Below are positions 39,022-49,041 of a stretch of DNA of 64,000 bases, one piece after another. The stretch's first letter is position 1. Every line of letters starts with the position of its first letter. The notes under the pieces were generated by a model. That model was not told the DNA's origin, ran no database searches, and was given only the letters and a program-made list of their open reading frames with translations. The translations under genes were made by a program, and so were the position numbers. The DNA lies in assembly GCA_947570175.1 (NCBI GenBank), contig CANOTJ010000005.1, positions 175 through 64,174 on the forward strand, given 5' to 3'. This DNA is from an uncultured Mycoplasmatota bacterium (GTDB taxonomy: Bacteria; Bacillota_I; Bacilli_A; RF39; UBA660).

Positions 39022-40770
39022 CTACCCCTTATTTTCTATTACTTGATTTACAAATTCAATAAATTTTTCTTGTGATACAGTGATAGTCTCGGTTGTTCCA
39101 AATCTACGATAACTAATCGTTTTATTATCTACTTCATTTTGACCAAGAATAATCGTAAATGGAATTTTTCTTGTTTGACTCTCACGCATTTTATAGCTAA
39201 GCTTTTCATTTCGATGATCTAATTCTACACGGAAGTTATCCTTTAGTAAATCATAAATTTCTTCCGCATATTTCAAATGGTACTCATTATTAACAGGAAT
39301 AATATTCATTTGAATAGGAGTCATCCAAACTGGTAATACACCCTTTGTTTCTTCTAAATAGTAAGCAATAAATCGATCAATTGTTCCAAATACTGCCCTA
39401 TGAATAACAACTGGGGTTTTCTTAATACCATTTCTATCTACATATTTCAAATCAAACTTAGCTGGCAAACAAAAGTCTAATTGACATGTCGATAATGTGT
39501 ATTCATTTCCAACTGCTGGCTTGACTTGTACATCCAATTTAGGTCCATAGAAAGCCGCTTCTCCGATTTTTTCAGTATAAGGGATTCCTATATCATCAAG
39601 TACTTTTCTAAGTTTATTTTCAGCATTTTCCCACATTTCATCATCTGGATGATACTTTTCAGTATCCTCGGGATCTCTAAGAGATAATTCGAAGCGATAA
39701 TCTGTTATTTTTAGTTCCTGATAAGATTCTAAAATTAAATTTACTACGCTTTTAAATTCTTCCTCTATTTGTTCAGGAGTTACAAATAAATGGGCATCAT
39801 TTTGACAAAAAGATCGTACTCTTTCTACTCCCTTTAATGCGCCACTTGCTTCAAATCTACAATCTCTTGCAATTTCTCCAATTCGAATTGGTAAATCTTT
39901 ATAGGAATGTAATTTATTGGAATAAATCATCATATGATGAGGGCAATTCATAGGACGAAGTACGAATTCTTCCCCCTCTACTTCCATTTTAGGAAACATA
40001 TTTTCTTTATAGTGATCCCAATGGCCACTTGTTTTATATAATTCTACGTTTCCTAAAGGTGGAGTTAAAACATGTTGGTAACCAAGTTTTTTTTCTTTAT
40101 TTTTGATATAATTTTCTAGATTTTCCCATATAATATATCCGTTTGGTAAATACATAGGAAGGCCTTTTCCAACTAAATCATCCATCATAAAGATTTCTAA
40201 ATCTTTTCCAATTTTTCTATGATCACGAAGTTTCGCTTCCTCTAACATTTCCAAGTGATTTTTTAAATCTTCTTCATTTTCAAAACAAATACCATAAATT
40301 CTTTGCAACATTTTATTTTTAGAATCATTCTTAAAATAAGCTCCACTTACCTTGAGTAATTTAAAATATTTCATAGCTTTTGTTGTTTTCATATGAGGCC
40401 CACGACATAAATCAATAAAATCATCCTGTTTATAAGCAGAGATAATCGTATTATCATCCATTCTTTCAATTAAATCTATTTTATAAGGATCTTCTTGAAA
40501 CATCTCTAATGCCTCTTGTTTAGATAGTTCTATTCGATTAATGTATTTATCGCCTTTAGATATTTTTTTCATTTCTTTTTCAATTCTAGGTAAATCTTCC
40601 TCTTTGATAACTTGATTTCCTAAATCAATATCATAGTAAAATCCTTCTTCTATTACAGGTCCTACCCAGAATTTAGCATTAGGGTACAAATGCTTTACTG
40701 CATGGGCAAGTAAATGAGCACAACTATGATTTAAAATATTTAATTTCTCATTTTCTTTTATATTAATCAT
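39022..40770 (-). CDS. thrS: threonine--tRNA ligase lacking the N-terminal TGS (N1) domain
   Basis: 582 aa. Begins at the editing-domain HxxxH motif (HSCAHLLAHAV at residue ~15). Class II aaRS motifs (FRLRPMNCPHH, GALKGVERVRSFCQNDAHLF, GPKLDVQV) and C-terminal anticodon-binding domain. Start overlaps the stop of the upstream ORF (TAATG). Confidence 0.9.
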   Translation of the reverse strand: MINIKENEKLNILNHSCAHLLAHAVKHLYPNAKFWVGPVIEEGFYYDIDLGNQVIKEEDLPRIEKEMKKISKGDKYINRIELSKQEALEMFQEDPYKIDLIERMDDNTIISAYKQDDFIDLCRGPHMKTTKAMKYFKLLKVSGAYFKNDSKNKMLQRIYGICFENEEDLKNHLEMLEEAKLRDHRKIGKDLEIFMMDDLVGKGLPMYLPNGYIIWENLENYIKNKEKKLGYQHVLTPPLGNVELYKTSGHWDHYKENMFPKMEVEGEEFVLRPMNCPHHMMIYSNKLHSYKDLPIRIGEIARDCRFEASGALKGVERVRSFCQNDAHLFVTPEQIEEEFKSVVNLILESYQELKITDYRFELSLRDPEDTEKYHPDDEMWENAENKLRKVLDDIGIPYTEKIGEAAFYGPKLDVQVKPAVGNEYTLSTCQLDFCLPAKFDLKYVDRNGIKKTPVVIHRAVFGTIDRFIAYYLEETKGVLPVWMTPIQMNIIPVNNEYHLKYAEEIYDLLKDNFRVELDHRNEKLSYKMRESQTRKIPFTIILGQNEVDNKTISYRRFGTTETITVSQEKFIEFVNQVIENKG

Positions 40771-41279
40771 TAATAATCACCTCTCTTTTTATAACGATTT
40801 CGTCCAGTTTGTATATAGGTTTTTTGGCGATTTACTCGTACGTTGATTTCAAACACCTCTTCTTCTGGATAACTCTCTACAATATTTCCTAACCAGTCCT
40901 CTTCTAAATTATTTTCTTCTAAAATAGATTCTCTAATTGCACGCAGCTTATCATAATTTTTCTCTCTTTGTAATTCATTAAGAAGTTTTCCAAAAGATAA
41001 AAGAAGTGGATTTTCATAAGGAATTACTTTTCCTTTTTTCTTCTTCTTAGTTTCTTCTCTAACAAGTACATAAGTTCCATCACTTAATTTTTGTTTATTA
41101 ATTTTAGAAAAACTTACTTTAATTGGCAATTTATATCCCTTTTCTCTTAAATACTTATTCATTTCATAATGAGTTATTCTTTTTTCTTCCCCCTCATACT
41201 CTACATTTAAATATGTACTCATAAATTCTCTAATTTCAATCGTTTGTTTCAAACTAATCATGGTTTTATTTTTTGACAT
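40770..41279 (-). CDS. hypothetical Lys-rich protein, first gene of the T-box/thrS operon
   Basis: 169 aa. No TGS-like beta-grasp signature. Translationally coupled to thrS. The T-box terminator lies immediately upstream of its RBS (GGGAGGAGAGG). Confidence 0.55.
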   Translation of the reverse strand: MSKNKTMISLKQTIEIREFMSTYLNVEYEGEEKRITHYEMNKYLREKGYKLPIKVSFSKINKQKLSDGTYVLVREETKKKKKGKVIPYENPLLLSFGKLLNELQREKNYDKLRAIRESILEENNLEEDWLGNIVESYPEEEVFEINVRVNRQKTYIQTGRNRYKKRGDY

Positions 41280-41284
41280 ATAAC

Positions 41285-41505
41285 CTCTCCTCCCTAAAAA
41301 AAACGCTTCCTTATATTAAGGAGCGTTTGAACGCGGTACCATCCTACCTTGTAACTTAATTTTTGATAACGGAAATCTCCGGAAATCTCTTTCGAGTTCA
41401 ATTCATGGGTAGTAATTATCAAATGTTATATTAGTTCACACCAACCACTAACTCTCTTATAAAGTAACTTTTTTGATAATTTTGTCCCAATCAAAATTTT
41501 TAAAT
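41285..41505 (-). ncRNA. T-box riboswitch leader
   Basis: On the minus strand: AGAGA/AGAGAG GA-motif region, T-box sequence AAGGTAGGATGGTACCGCG (consensus AAnnnGGGTGGnACCGCG), and terminator hairpin AAACGCTCCTT-aatat-AAGGAAGCGTTT followed by TTTTTTTT. Candidate promoter TTGACA-17-TAGAAT on the minus strand at 41514-41542. Confidence 0.65.
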
Positions 41506-41703
41506 CTAATTTTATTCTAATCTGAAAATATCATTTTGTCAATATAAATCCCCTCATTTTTTTAGATAATGAAAAAATGAGTTATAATTTCAAATGTCTC
41601 GTGGTATAATATGAATTTATGAATAGTAAAATATAAAAACAATATATCACAAAACATGACATGAAAAGAAAAATGTGCTATATTGTAGAAGGAGGAGATA
41701 ATT

Positions 41704-42285
41704 TTGAAAAAGTTTTTATTCAGTATGACATTATGTCTACTAGCTGTTCTATCGCTTACTGGATGTAATCAAGAAACTACGAAAAAAGTGAAAGATTCTA
41801 ACCAAGAGAAAGTAGAAGAAAAAAAATTAAAAGGAAAATGTTCTGCCGTAGAATGTATTCAAAAAATTACACCAGAAAATACAGTAGAAGAGGTAAATGA
41901 AATCATTGGAGTAGATGGTGTATTAAAAAATGAAAATTCTCGAGAATACGAATATGATTTAGGAAATGATGAGAAAATCACTTTGAAATTTTCTTCTGAT
42001 AATACTTCTACTATCGTTGCAGATTTTAACAAAAATGATGTAGCTGATAAAAAAGTAGATCTATCAAATTTAGAGGATTTAAAACCAAAAGTAAATGCTG
42101 GAATCACTTATGATAATTTCAAAAAAGAAATTGGTGATGTAGATGGAGTACTAGTAGAGAAATCAAAAACAAGTGTTAAATACATGTGGGTATCCAAAAA
42201 AGGTGGAAATGTAAGAGCATCTTTTAGAACAAGTGATAACATGTGTAGATTCTTTACAGGAATTGGCGATAGAACAAGCAACTAA
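41704..42285 (+). CDS. putative lipoprotein (LTGC lipobox), hypothetical
   Basis: 193 aa. Signal peptide plus Cys at LSLTGCNQ. GGAGGAG RBS. TTG start as in the ORF track. Confidence 0.55.
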   Translation: MKKFLFSMTLCLLAVLSLTGCNQETTKKVKDSNQEKVEEKKLKGKCSAVECIQKITPENTVEEVNEIIGVDGVLKNENSREYEYDLGNDEKITLKFSSDNTSTIVADFNKNDVADKKVDLSNLEDLKPKVNAGITYDNFKKEIGDVDGVLVEKSKTSVKYMWVSKKGGNVRASFRTSDNMCRFFTGIGDRTSN

Positions 42286-42378
42286 AACACATTTGTGTTT
42301 TTTTATTTGACTTTTTATTGACAATCGTTATTTTTAAAATACTTTTTTTCGGTTATAATAATATAAGGAGGGATACTT

Positions 42379-43287
42379 ATGAAAAATAAAGTTGTAATTA
42401 TTGGATGTGGAAATGTTGGAATGAGTTATGCATACGCTCTTGTAAATCAAAAAACAAGTGTCAATGAACTTGTTTTAATTGATATTAATCAAGATCGTGC
42501 TATTGGAGAAGCAATGGATTTAAACCACGGGATATCCTTTGCTCCTAGTAAAATTGATATCAAAGCAGGTTCCTATGAGGATTGTAAGGATGCTACTATT
42601 GTTTGTATCGCTGCTGGAGCAAATCAAAAACCAGGAGAGACAAGAATGGATTTAATTCACAAAAATGATTCTATTTTTAAGTCCATTGTAGAAAATGTAA
42701 TGAAAAGTGGATTTCAAGGCATCTTTTTAGTTGCCACAAATCCATTAGATGTTATGACCTATGTAACATGGAAATACTCTAAAATGGATTCTAGTAGAAT
42801 TATTGGAAGCGGAACAAGTCTTGATACTTCCAGACTTCGTTTCATGATTGGAGATCACCTAAATATCAGTCCAAAAAGTGTTCATGCCTATATTATTGGT
42901 GAACATGGTGATTCTGAATTTGCGCCATTTTCAAATGCTACGATTGGACTTCAAGATATTCATAATTTCTTATCAGATGAAGAATTAAACAATATTTGTT
43001 TAAATGTTAAAAATGCTGCTTATGAAATTATTAATCGTAAGAATGCTACCTATTATGGAATTGGAATGTGTCTTGTTCGTATTACAAACGCCATTTTAAA
43101 TAACGAAAATAGTATTATCACCATTTCTACCTATGATCCAAATAATAATCTTTTTGTTAGCGTTCCTGCAATCATTAACAAAAACGGAGTACGTGAAAGA
43201 GTCTACGTTGAATTAAACGAGGAAGAAACTGCAAAATTACAAAATAGTATTGATATTATTAAAGAGGCAATTCAGGAAATATCATAA
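42379..43287 (+). CDS. ldh: L-lactate dehydrogenase
   Basis: VVIIGCGNVGMSYAYAL NAD-binding motif, active-site His in GEHGDS, and substrate Arg in the IGSGTSLDTSRL region. 302 aa. Confidence 0.9.
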   Translation: MKNKVVIIGCGNVGMSYAYALVNQKTSVNELVLIDINQDRAIGEAMDLNHGISFAPSKIDIKAGSYEDCKDATIVCIAAGANQKPGETRMDLIHKNDSIFKSIVENVMKSGFQGIFLVATNPLDVMTYVTWKYSKMDSSRIIGSGTSLDTSRLRFMIGDHLNISPKSVHAYIIGEHGDSEFAPFSNATIGLQDIHNFLSDEELNNICLNVKNAAYEIINRKNATYYGIGMCLVRITNAILNNENSIITISTYDPNNNLFVSVPAIINKNGVRERVYVELNEEETAKLQNSIDIIKEAIQEIS

Positions 43288-43346
43288 GCAATCATCATCT
43301 TCAACAATACTAAAAAGCGCCAATCAATGGATTAACGCTTTTTTTA

Positions 43347-44552
43347 TTAATATTTTGTCATTCTATTATTAAATGGAACTCCTAACGCTGGAAAATTAAT
43401 AACGCTTCTTGGATTAATTGAATATGTGTAATTCATTAAATTCCAAGCACCTGCCCCTTTATAGTCAATTCCATAAAGACCAGTAGCCACCGTTAAGTGA
43501 AGATGGGCCCCTCCTGTACAACGATCATAAGAAGCAGTACTACCTCCACCTGAAGCACCAATTACCGTATTACTAGTAACATTTTGTCCCTCTGAAACAC
43601 TAATAGATAATAAATGGGCATAAACACTAGTATAGGTTTTTCCATTAATTTTATGGTGTACAACAACCATATTTCCACCACAACTATATCGATGCATAAT
43701 TAAAGCTACTTGTCCTGTTCCAATCGCATAAACAGTATTTCCTTCTCTTACACCCATATCAATTCCTTCATGAAAGGATTTACCTTGATAATATCTCGTT
43801 CCCCATTCACTAGTAACTCTTCCAGACACGAGTGGTCGATAGAAGGCTGTCCCTGCAGGAAGTAATCCTCTACTACATTCTGCGATATCATCATTCGATT
43901 TACATCCCATTTTCTTATAATTATCCACAATCTTTTGTTGCGCTTTTACATCATCCGCTTGTGATACGCTAACAGCTTTAATATCTTCCATTTCCTTTCC
44001 TAATTTAGAAAGTTCCCCAGTTAATTGTTGTTGCTTTTCACCTAAGGATACACGTTTACTTTGAATTTGTTTTTGTTTCTCTTTATTATCACTAATCATT
44101 TTATTAAATTCTGAGATTTTTGCATCATTATGATCAGAAAGTTGTTCTGTAACCGCCATACGATAAATAAAACTCTCCCAATCACTTGCTCCAGAGACAT
44201 ACTCTAAAGTAGCGGATTCTCCATTAGAAACTTGCAAATAACTAATAATTTCTTTGATTTCCTTTTCTGCATTAGAAATATTTGTATTTAGTTTTTCTAT
44301 TTGTTCATCTAAACTGGCAATATCTTTATAAGTTTGACTAATTTCATTTTTAATATTGGAAATATTTTTATTTACGGAATTAATTTCTGCCTGTGTTTGA
44401 GCCTTTTTAGCATTGGTATCTTTTAATTCACTTTGACGTTTGTTTAATTCCTTTTCTAAATCTCCTAATGTCTCTGCTTTTACTTCTGGTACATAAAACA
44501 TCGGTGTTATTGTAATTACTAATACCGATAAACTTACAAATAATTTTTTCAT
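43347..44552 (-). CDS. M23 family peptidoglycan metalloendopeptidase with N-terminal coiled-coil (EnvC/murein hydrolase activator-like architecture)
   Basis: Signal peptide and long coiled-coil. C-terminal M23 motifs (HEGIDM with His and Asp; AHLHL His-x-His). 401 aa. Confidence 0.8.
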   Translation of the reverse strand: MKKLFVSLSVLVITITPMFYVPEVKAETLGDLEKELNKRQSELKDTNAKKAQTQAEINSVNKNISNIKNEISQTYKDIASLDEQIEKLNTNISNAEKEIKEIISYLQVSNGESATLEYVSGASDWESFIYRMAVTEQLSDHNDAKISEFNKMISDNKEKQKQIQSKRVSLGEKQQQLTGELSKLGKEMEDIKAVSVSQADDVKAQQKIVDNYKKMGCKSNDDIAECSRGLLPAGTAFYRPLVSGRVTSEWGTRYYQGKSFHEGIDMGVREGNTVYAIGTGQVALIMHRYSCGGNMVVVHHKINGKTYTSVYAHLLSISVSEGQNVTSNTVIGASGGGSTASYDRCTGGAHLHLTVATGLYGIDYKGAGAWNLMNYTYSINPRSVINFPALGVPFNNRMTKY

Positions 44553-44564
44553 CTACAACCACCT

Positions 44565-45212
44565 CTAACTTCTAAGTTCCCTTCTTACTCTTTTATACTC
44601 TGGGTAATACTTATGAACCAAATTCCAAAAATCCTTGGAATGATTGAAATGAATAAAATGAGATAATTCATGAACAATAACATAATCTAATTTTTCTAAA
44701 TCATATTTCATCAATTCTGAATTCAATGTAACTGAATTATCTCGAATATTACAAACACCCCATCTTGTTTTCATTTTTCTAATTTTTAATTTTGGAAAAG
44801 GTAGATCCTCTTCAAATTGTTGATACCAATTTGTTAAATGATCCATAAATATTTCTTTCATATTTGCTTGATACCATTTATTGAACATCTTCATATCCGT
44901 TGTATAAATTTTTTGATGAATCATCTCTACCTTTTCTACCTTCATTAGTATTATATCATATTTTTCTCCTAAATAATAGAAAATATCTTCTTTTTCTTTT
45001 TGTGACTTTACTCGATTTAACATCTTTTGCAAAGAAGTATAATTTTCATCTAATATTTTTTTTACTTGTTTCTTGGTAACAAAATAATTTGTTGTGATAT
45101 AAATTTTCATGTCATCTTTTATTCTAATGTAAGTGTTTTTATTATTTTTTTTCAAGATTACAACTTCTAATTTTTCTTGATCAATAGAGTACAACATCTT
45201 ATCACCAATCAC
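44565..45212 (-). CDS. DUF45/YgjP-like zinc metallopeptidase (HExxH)
   Basis: VIVHELSHFIHFNHSKDFW HExxH motif near the C-terminus. 215 aa. Confidence 0.6.
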   Translation of the reverse strand: MIGDKMLYSIDQEKLEVVILKKNNKNTYIRIKDDMKIYITTNYFVTKKQVKKILDENYTSLQKMLNRVKSQKEKEDIFYYLGEKYDIILMKVEKVEMIHQKIYTTDMKMFNKWYQANMKEIFMDHLTNWYQQFEEDLPFPKLKIRKMKTRWGVCNIRDNSVTLNSELMKYDLEKLDYVIVHELSHFIHFNHSKDFWNLVHKYYPEYKRVRRELRS

Positions 45213-45244
45213 ATTTTACCACAAAAAAAAGGAATTGAAAATTC

Positions 45245-47113
45245 CTAAAAGCGGCCACCGCCACCGCCTCCACCGAAGGATCCTCCTCCTCCAGAAAATC
45301 CTCCGCCAAAGCCTCCCGACGAGGAATTAGAACTCTCAGCAATTCTCTGCGCATTCGCAGAAGATATGGCAGAATGGATAGAATGATCAATTTCTCTATG
45401 AAAAGTTGTCATAAAATGAATTCGATTATAATCATAAACTGGATCATAAGTATAACCTGGGGTATTTTGAATCTCTTTTATTTTAATTTCCATCGTTTTT
45501 GCCAGTTTACTAGCACAACCAAATACAACAGCATATACTAAATATTTTTCCCATAAAGCAATTTCTGGTAACTCTCTTTCTTTAAAATTACCAAAATCAT
45601 TCATAAATTTTTTAAGCCCTTGCCATTTATGATATTCCTCATTTCCTTCTTTTGTTCTTCGATAAAAACTAGAAAGATAACAAAGAGTAATAATACTTAA
45701 AATAACAAGCAAAATACCAATCATCATAGAAACAGAGCAAAGAGAAAAACCAATAATCAATGTCATTACACAATATACACTACATAATGTTTTAATTCCT
45801 TTATTATTTTCAAAAAAATTCATTTTTTCTGCTTCTTGTTTCGCTACTTGTTTCCATTTACTATATCGACTTAAAAAACTACTATAAGAATTCTTAGCAG
45901 ATTTTTTTAACTCTTTTAAAGTGATATCTTTTTTATCATGAAAAAGAAATTGAATAAGAATTAACTCCACTTCATTTAATCCCTCTTCATCCAATAATTC
46001 TAATTTAAAGTTATCATCCCCTAATTCCTTAAAACCGATTTTCTTTTTATAAATTAGATTTAAAATAGAAGCACTAAGTTCATTACTATCTATTCTTTTA
46101 TGCATTAAATATCCTACATACTCTGGATCAATACTACTTGGAAAATCTCTGAAATATTCATTTGTAAAAAGGCTCTTATACTCCTTATCATATTTTCGAT
46201 AAACATGAATAATCATAATCACTAATCCAATCATCAAGCCGATACCAAATGCCCCAAACATTTTAATCGTTCTTTGATGATTTCTATAGCGCCCTCTTAG
46301 TTCATTAGCATCATCAGCTTTTTGTTTTTCTACTGCTAAAATTTTATCTAATGCATCCATATCAGTTATTTTTGAGGACTGATTTAAAACCTCTTTATCA
46401 AAAACAAAACGAATATCAAAAGCAGTGTTTGCTTCTACATCACGGATTGTTAATTTTATTTGATTCTTATTAATATTTTTTGTTTCTCCCCATAATGGGC
46501 CATGTCCCCAAGCGCGAAGTTCCTTTTCATTTCCACTAATGTTAACCAACATTTCTAAATTATGAATATACTCCCTTTGCTCACTTGAGAAAATATTAAA
46601 TCCTACTTCTGCTATATCATTATGAACAATTCCCATATTTTTCATAATATATTCTACATAAAATGCATTCTTATAGCTAGATGGATTATATATTTTTAAT
46701 ACAGTTCCACTTGCTGTATCTGTTTTTTCATATACCCCATAATCACCACTAGAAGCATAAGATACCTCCTCAAAAATAGATCCATCATGCATAAGATAAT
46801 CAAAATTCACTTGCCCATCAATAGTGATTCCCTTAACAGATGTAATTTCAATTGCTTCTCCATTATAAATGTCACTTCCATTAAAATCATTGGTATCTCC
46901 ACGAAAGACTGGTGCAGAAGCGTTCTTATAATTAATAATTCTCTCATATCCATTATATTCACCATTCAAAACAAATAATTCCTGTACCTTTACATCTCCA
47001 TTTGCCATGACATCCATATTGATATAGTACTTTTCAATTCCCTCTTTAGCATGAATTTGAAAAGGAATTAAAATTAAGCAACCAATGATTAGATATTTTA
47101 AATATTTTTTCAT
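45245..47113 (-). CDS. DUF2207 domain membrane protein with C-terminal poly-Gly/Ser/Phe tail
   Basis: 622 aa. Signal peptide, extracytoplasmic domain, central TM helices, and a C-terminal tail SSGGFGGGFSGGGGSFGGGGGGGRF. Lies adjacent to lemA. Confidence 0.7.
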   Translation of the reverse strand: MKKYLKYLIIGCLILIPFQIHAKEGIEKYYINMDVMANGDVKVQELFVLNGEYNGYERIINYKNASAPVFRGDTNDFNGSDIYNGEAIEITSVKGITIDGQVNFDYLMHDGSIFEEVSYASSGDYGVYEKTDTASGTVLKIYNPSSYKNAFYVEYIMKNMGIVHNDIAEVGFNIFSSEQREYIHNLEMLVNISGNEKELRAWGHGPLWGETKNINKNQIKLTIRDVEANTAFDIRFVFDKEVLNQSSKITDMDALDKILAVEKQKADDANELRGRYRNHQRTIKMFGAFGIGLMIGLVIMIIHVYRKYDKEYKSLFTNEYFRDFPSSIDPEYVGYLMHKRIDSNELSASILNLIYKKKIGFKELGDDNFKLELLDEEGLNEVELILIQFLFHDKKDITLKELKKSAKNSYSSFLSRYSKWKQVAKQEAEKMNFFENNKGIKTLCSVYCVMTLIIGFSLCSVSMMIGILLVILSIITLCYLSSFYRRTKEGNEEYHKWQGLKKFMNDFGNFKERELPEIALWEKYLVYAVVFGCASKLAKTMEIKIKEIQNTPGYTYDPVYDYNRIHFMTTFHREIDHSIHSAISSANAQRIAESSNSSSGGFGGGFSGGGGSFGGGGGGGRF

Positions 47114-47157
47114 AACAATCTCCCTACTATTCTTAAAAAAACTTACTTTCGTAAGTT

Positions 47158-47709
47158 CTAAAATTTTACTTCTGGTACTTTTCTATCTTGTTCATCAGCT
47201 TCAAAAAACTGATAAGGTTTAAATCCAAACATTCCTGCTATAATATTAGAAGGAAATCTTTCAATTCCATTTTGATATTTCAAAACGGAATCATTATAAA
47301 ATTGTCTAGAATATGTAATCTTATCTTCTGTATCCTTTAATTGATTTTGTAAATCCATAAAATTTGTATTTGCTTTTAACTCTGGATACGATTCTGTTAT
47401 AGCAAGTAATCTACCTAACGCTTGCGAAAGTTCTCCATTTGCCTCTATTGAAGACTCTGGTGTAGTTGCACTAACTGCTTTATTACGTGCCGATATAACA
47501 GCATCTAAAGTCTCTTTTTCATGTGTTGCATATCCCTTTACAGTTTCTACTAAATTAGGAATTAAATCTGCTCTTCTTTTTAGAACAACATCAATTTGCG
47601 ACCATTGATCTTTGACTCTATTTCTTAAAGTTACCAATTTATTATAAGTACTAATTACATAAATCAATATGAAAACAACAATCCCTAAAATAATCCATAA
47701 TGCTATCAT
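47158..47709 (-). CDS. lemA: LemA family protein
   Basis: N-terminal TM helix and a YNKLVTLRNRVKDQWSQIDVVLKRRADLIPNLV LemA signature. 183 aa. Confidence 0.85.
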   Translation of the reverse strand: MIALWIILGIVVFILIYVISTYNKLVTLRNRVKDQWSQIDVVLKRRADLIPNLVETVKGYATHEKETLDAVISARNKAVSATTPESSIEANGELSQALGRLLAITESYPELKANTNFMDLQNQLKDTEDKITYSRQFYNDSVLKYQNGIERFPSNIIAGMFGFKPYQFFEADEQDRKVPEVKF

Positions 47710-47766
47710 ACTCTACCTCCTTATAATTCTATTATACAGAAATACCTATAAAAAAGAAATAAATTT

Positions 47767-47795
47767 GAATATATTTTTATAAAGTTTACACACTA
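47767..47795 (+). promoter_or_regulatory. candidate forespore sigma-G/F-type promoter upstream of sspI (GAATA-17-CACACTA)
   Basis: Resembles GnATR-17/18-CATnnTA with one mismatch in the -10 element. By eye only. Confidence 0.3.
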
Positions 47796-47814
47796 TTAAA
47801 GAAAGGACGATAGT

Positions 47815-48018
47815 ATGAACGTAAATATTAGAGAATATATTAAAAATAATTTTAAGGGCGCTAGCGCAAATGAGATAGAAGAATCCATTAGCTCTTCTAT
47901 CGAATCAAAAGAAGAAGTTGTCCTACCTGGACTAGGAGTATTATTTGAAATTTTATGGCAAAATATTGAAAATAAAGAAAAAGATGATATACTAAGTGTA
48001 TTAGTAAATCATATGTAA
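47815..48018 (+). CDS. sspI: small acid-soluble spore protein I
   Basis: 67 aa. LPGLGVLFEILWQN and the NxxxxSANEIEESI pattern match SspI, recalled from Bacillus. Confidence 0.7.
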   Translation: MNVNIREYIKNNFKGASANEIEESISSSIESKEEVVLPGLGVLFEILWQNIENKEKDDILSVLVNHM

Positions 48019-48044
48019 AAACCACTTCAAAATGAAGTGATTTT

Positions 48045-49037
48045 TTATAGCCATACAGCAAACAATACTCCTAACATTGCAAATACAATTCCAAAAAACC
48101 AAAACACTTTTACAATGTCCTTCTCATCCCATCCCAATTTTTCAAAATGATGGTGAAGAGGAGTCATTAGAAAGATTTTCTTTCCTTTCCACATAATTGA
48201 TATTGTTTGAATAATACATACTAATGTTTCGATAATAAATACAGAAGAAATAATGATGAAGGTAATCTCATGATTCGTAATAATCGCAATCGTTGCTAGA
48301 GTTGCTCCTAAGGATAAAGAGCCTGTATCCCCCATAAATATTTTAGCTGGATTGGTATTAAAAAACAAAAAACCAAGAAGAGATCCTACTAATACAAAAC
48401 AGAAAACAGCAATTGCTGAAGACCCTGCTACCCATGTAGAATTCCAACTAATTAATCCAAAGGCTAAAAAAGCAATTAAAGAAAGTCCTCCAGAAAGACC
48501 ATCTAAGCCATCTGTAATATTCACAGCATTACTACTTGCTACTAACATAAATAATAGGAAAATCCCATAAAACCATCCCATATGAATATGAATATTTAAG
48601 GTATGAATATCTAAACTTGGACTATTTCCACTAGACATAAAAATATAAAAGAAGATAACAGCTATAAATAACTGGCCAAATAATTTTTGAAGTTCTGTTA
48701 ATCCAATATTATTTTTTCTTTTGATAATTAAATAATCATCTATAAATCCAAGTATCCCATAAGCAATAAATACAAATAAAATAATAAATAGATTATCACT
48801 AAATTCTATTTTCCTTAAAAAAAGTAAAATTAATACTGTAATAATGGTTGGAATTATGAAAATTAAACCTCCCATAGTTGGTGTTCCTTCTTTTTCTTTA
48901 TGCTTTTCTTTTAAAAATATACTTACACTTTGTTTTACCTTTTTTGTTTTTAAAATTGGAATTAATATAAATCCAAATAGGACAGATATAATAAAGCCAA
49001 TCATCAAAGCAAGTATTGCTTTTGTTAAAACTAACAC
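48045..49037 (-). CDS. mraY: phospho-N-acetylmuramoyl-pentapeptide transferase
   Basis: 10 TM helices. NAVNITDGLDGL and DTGSLSLG motifs. 330 aa. Confidence 0.9.
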   Translation of the reverse strand: MLVLTKAILALMIGFIISVLFGFILIPILKTKKVKQSVSIFLKEKHKEKEGTPTMGGLIFIIPTIITVLILLFLRKIEFSDNLFIILFVFIAYGILGFIDDYLIIKRKNNIGLTELQKLFGQLFIAVIFFYIFMSSGNSPSLDIHTLNIHIHMGWFYGIFLLFMLVASSNAVNITDGLDGLSGGLSLIAFLAFGLISWNSTWVAGSSAIAVFCFVLVGSLLGFLFFNTNPAKIFMGDTGSLSLGATLATIAIITNHEITFIIISSVFIIETLVCIIQTISIMWKGKKIFLMTPLHHHFEKLGWDEKDIVKVFWFFGIVFAMLGVLFAVWL

Positions 49038-49041
49038 AAAA

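Noticed and set aside
45202-45390. 62-aa minus-strand ORF rich in Arg/Pro/Glu
   Set aside because: It overlaps the poly-Gly-coding 3' end of the DUF2207 gene in another frame. It is a GC-rich codon artefact.
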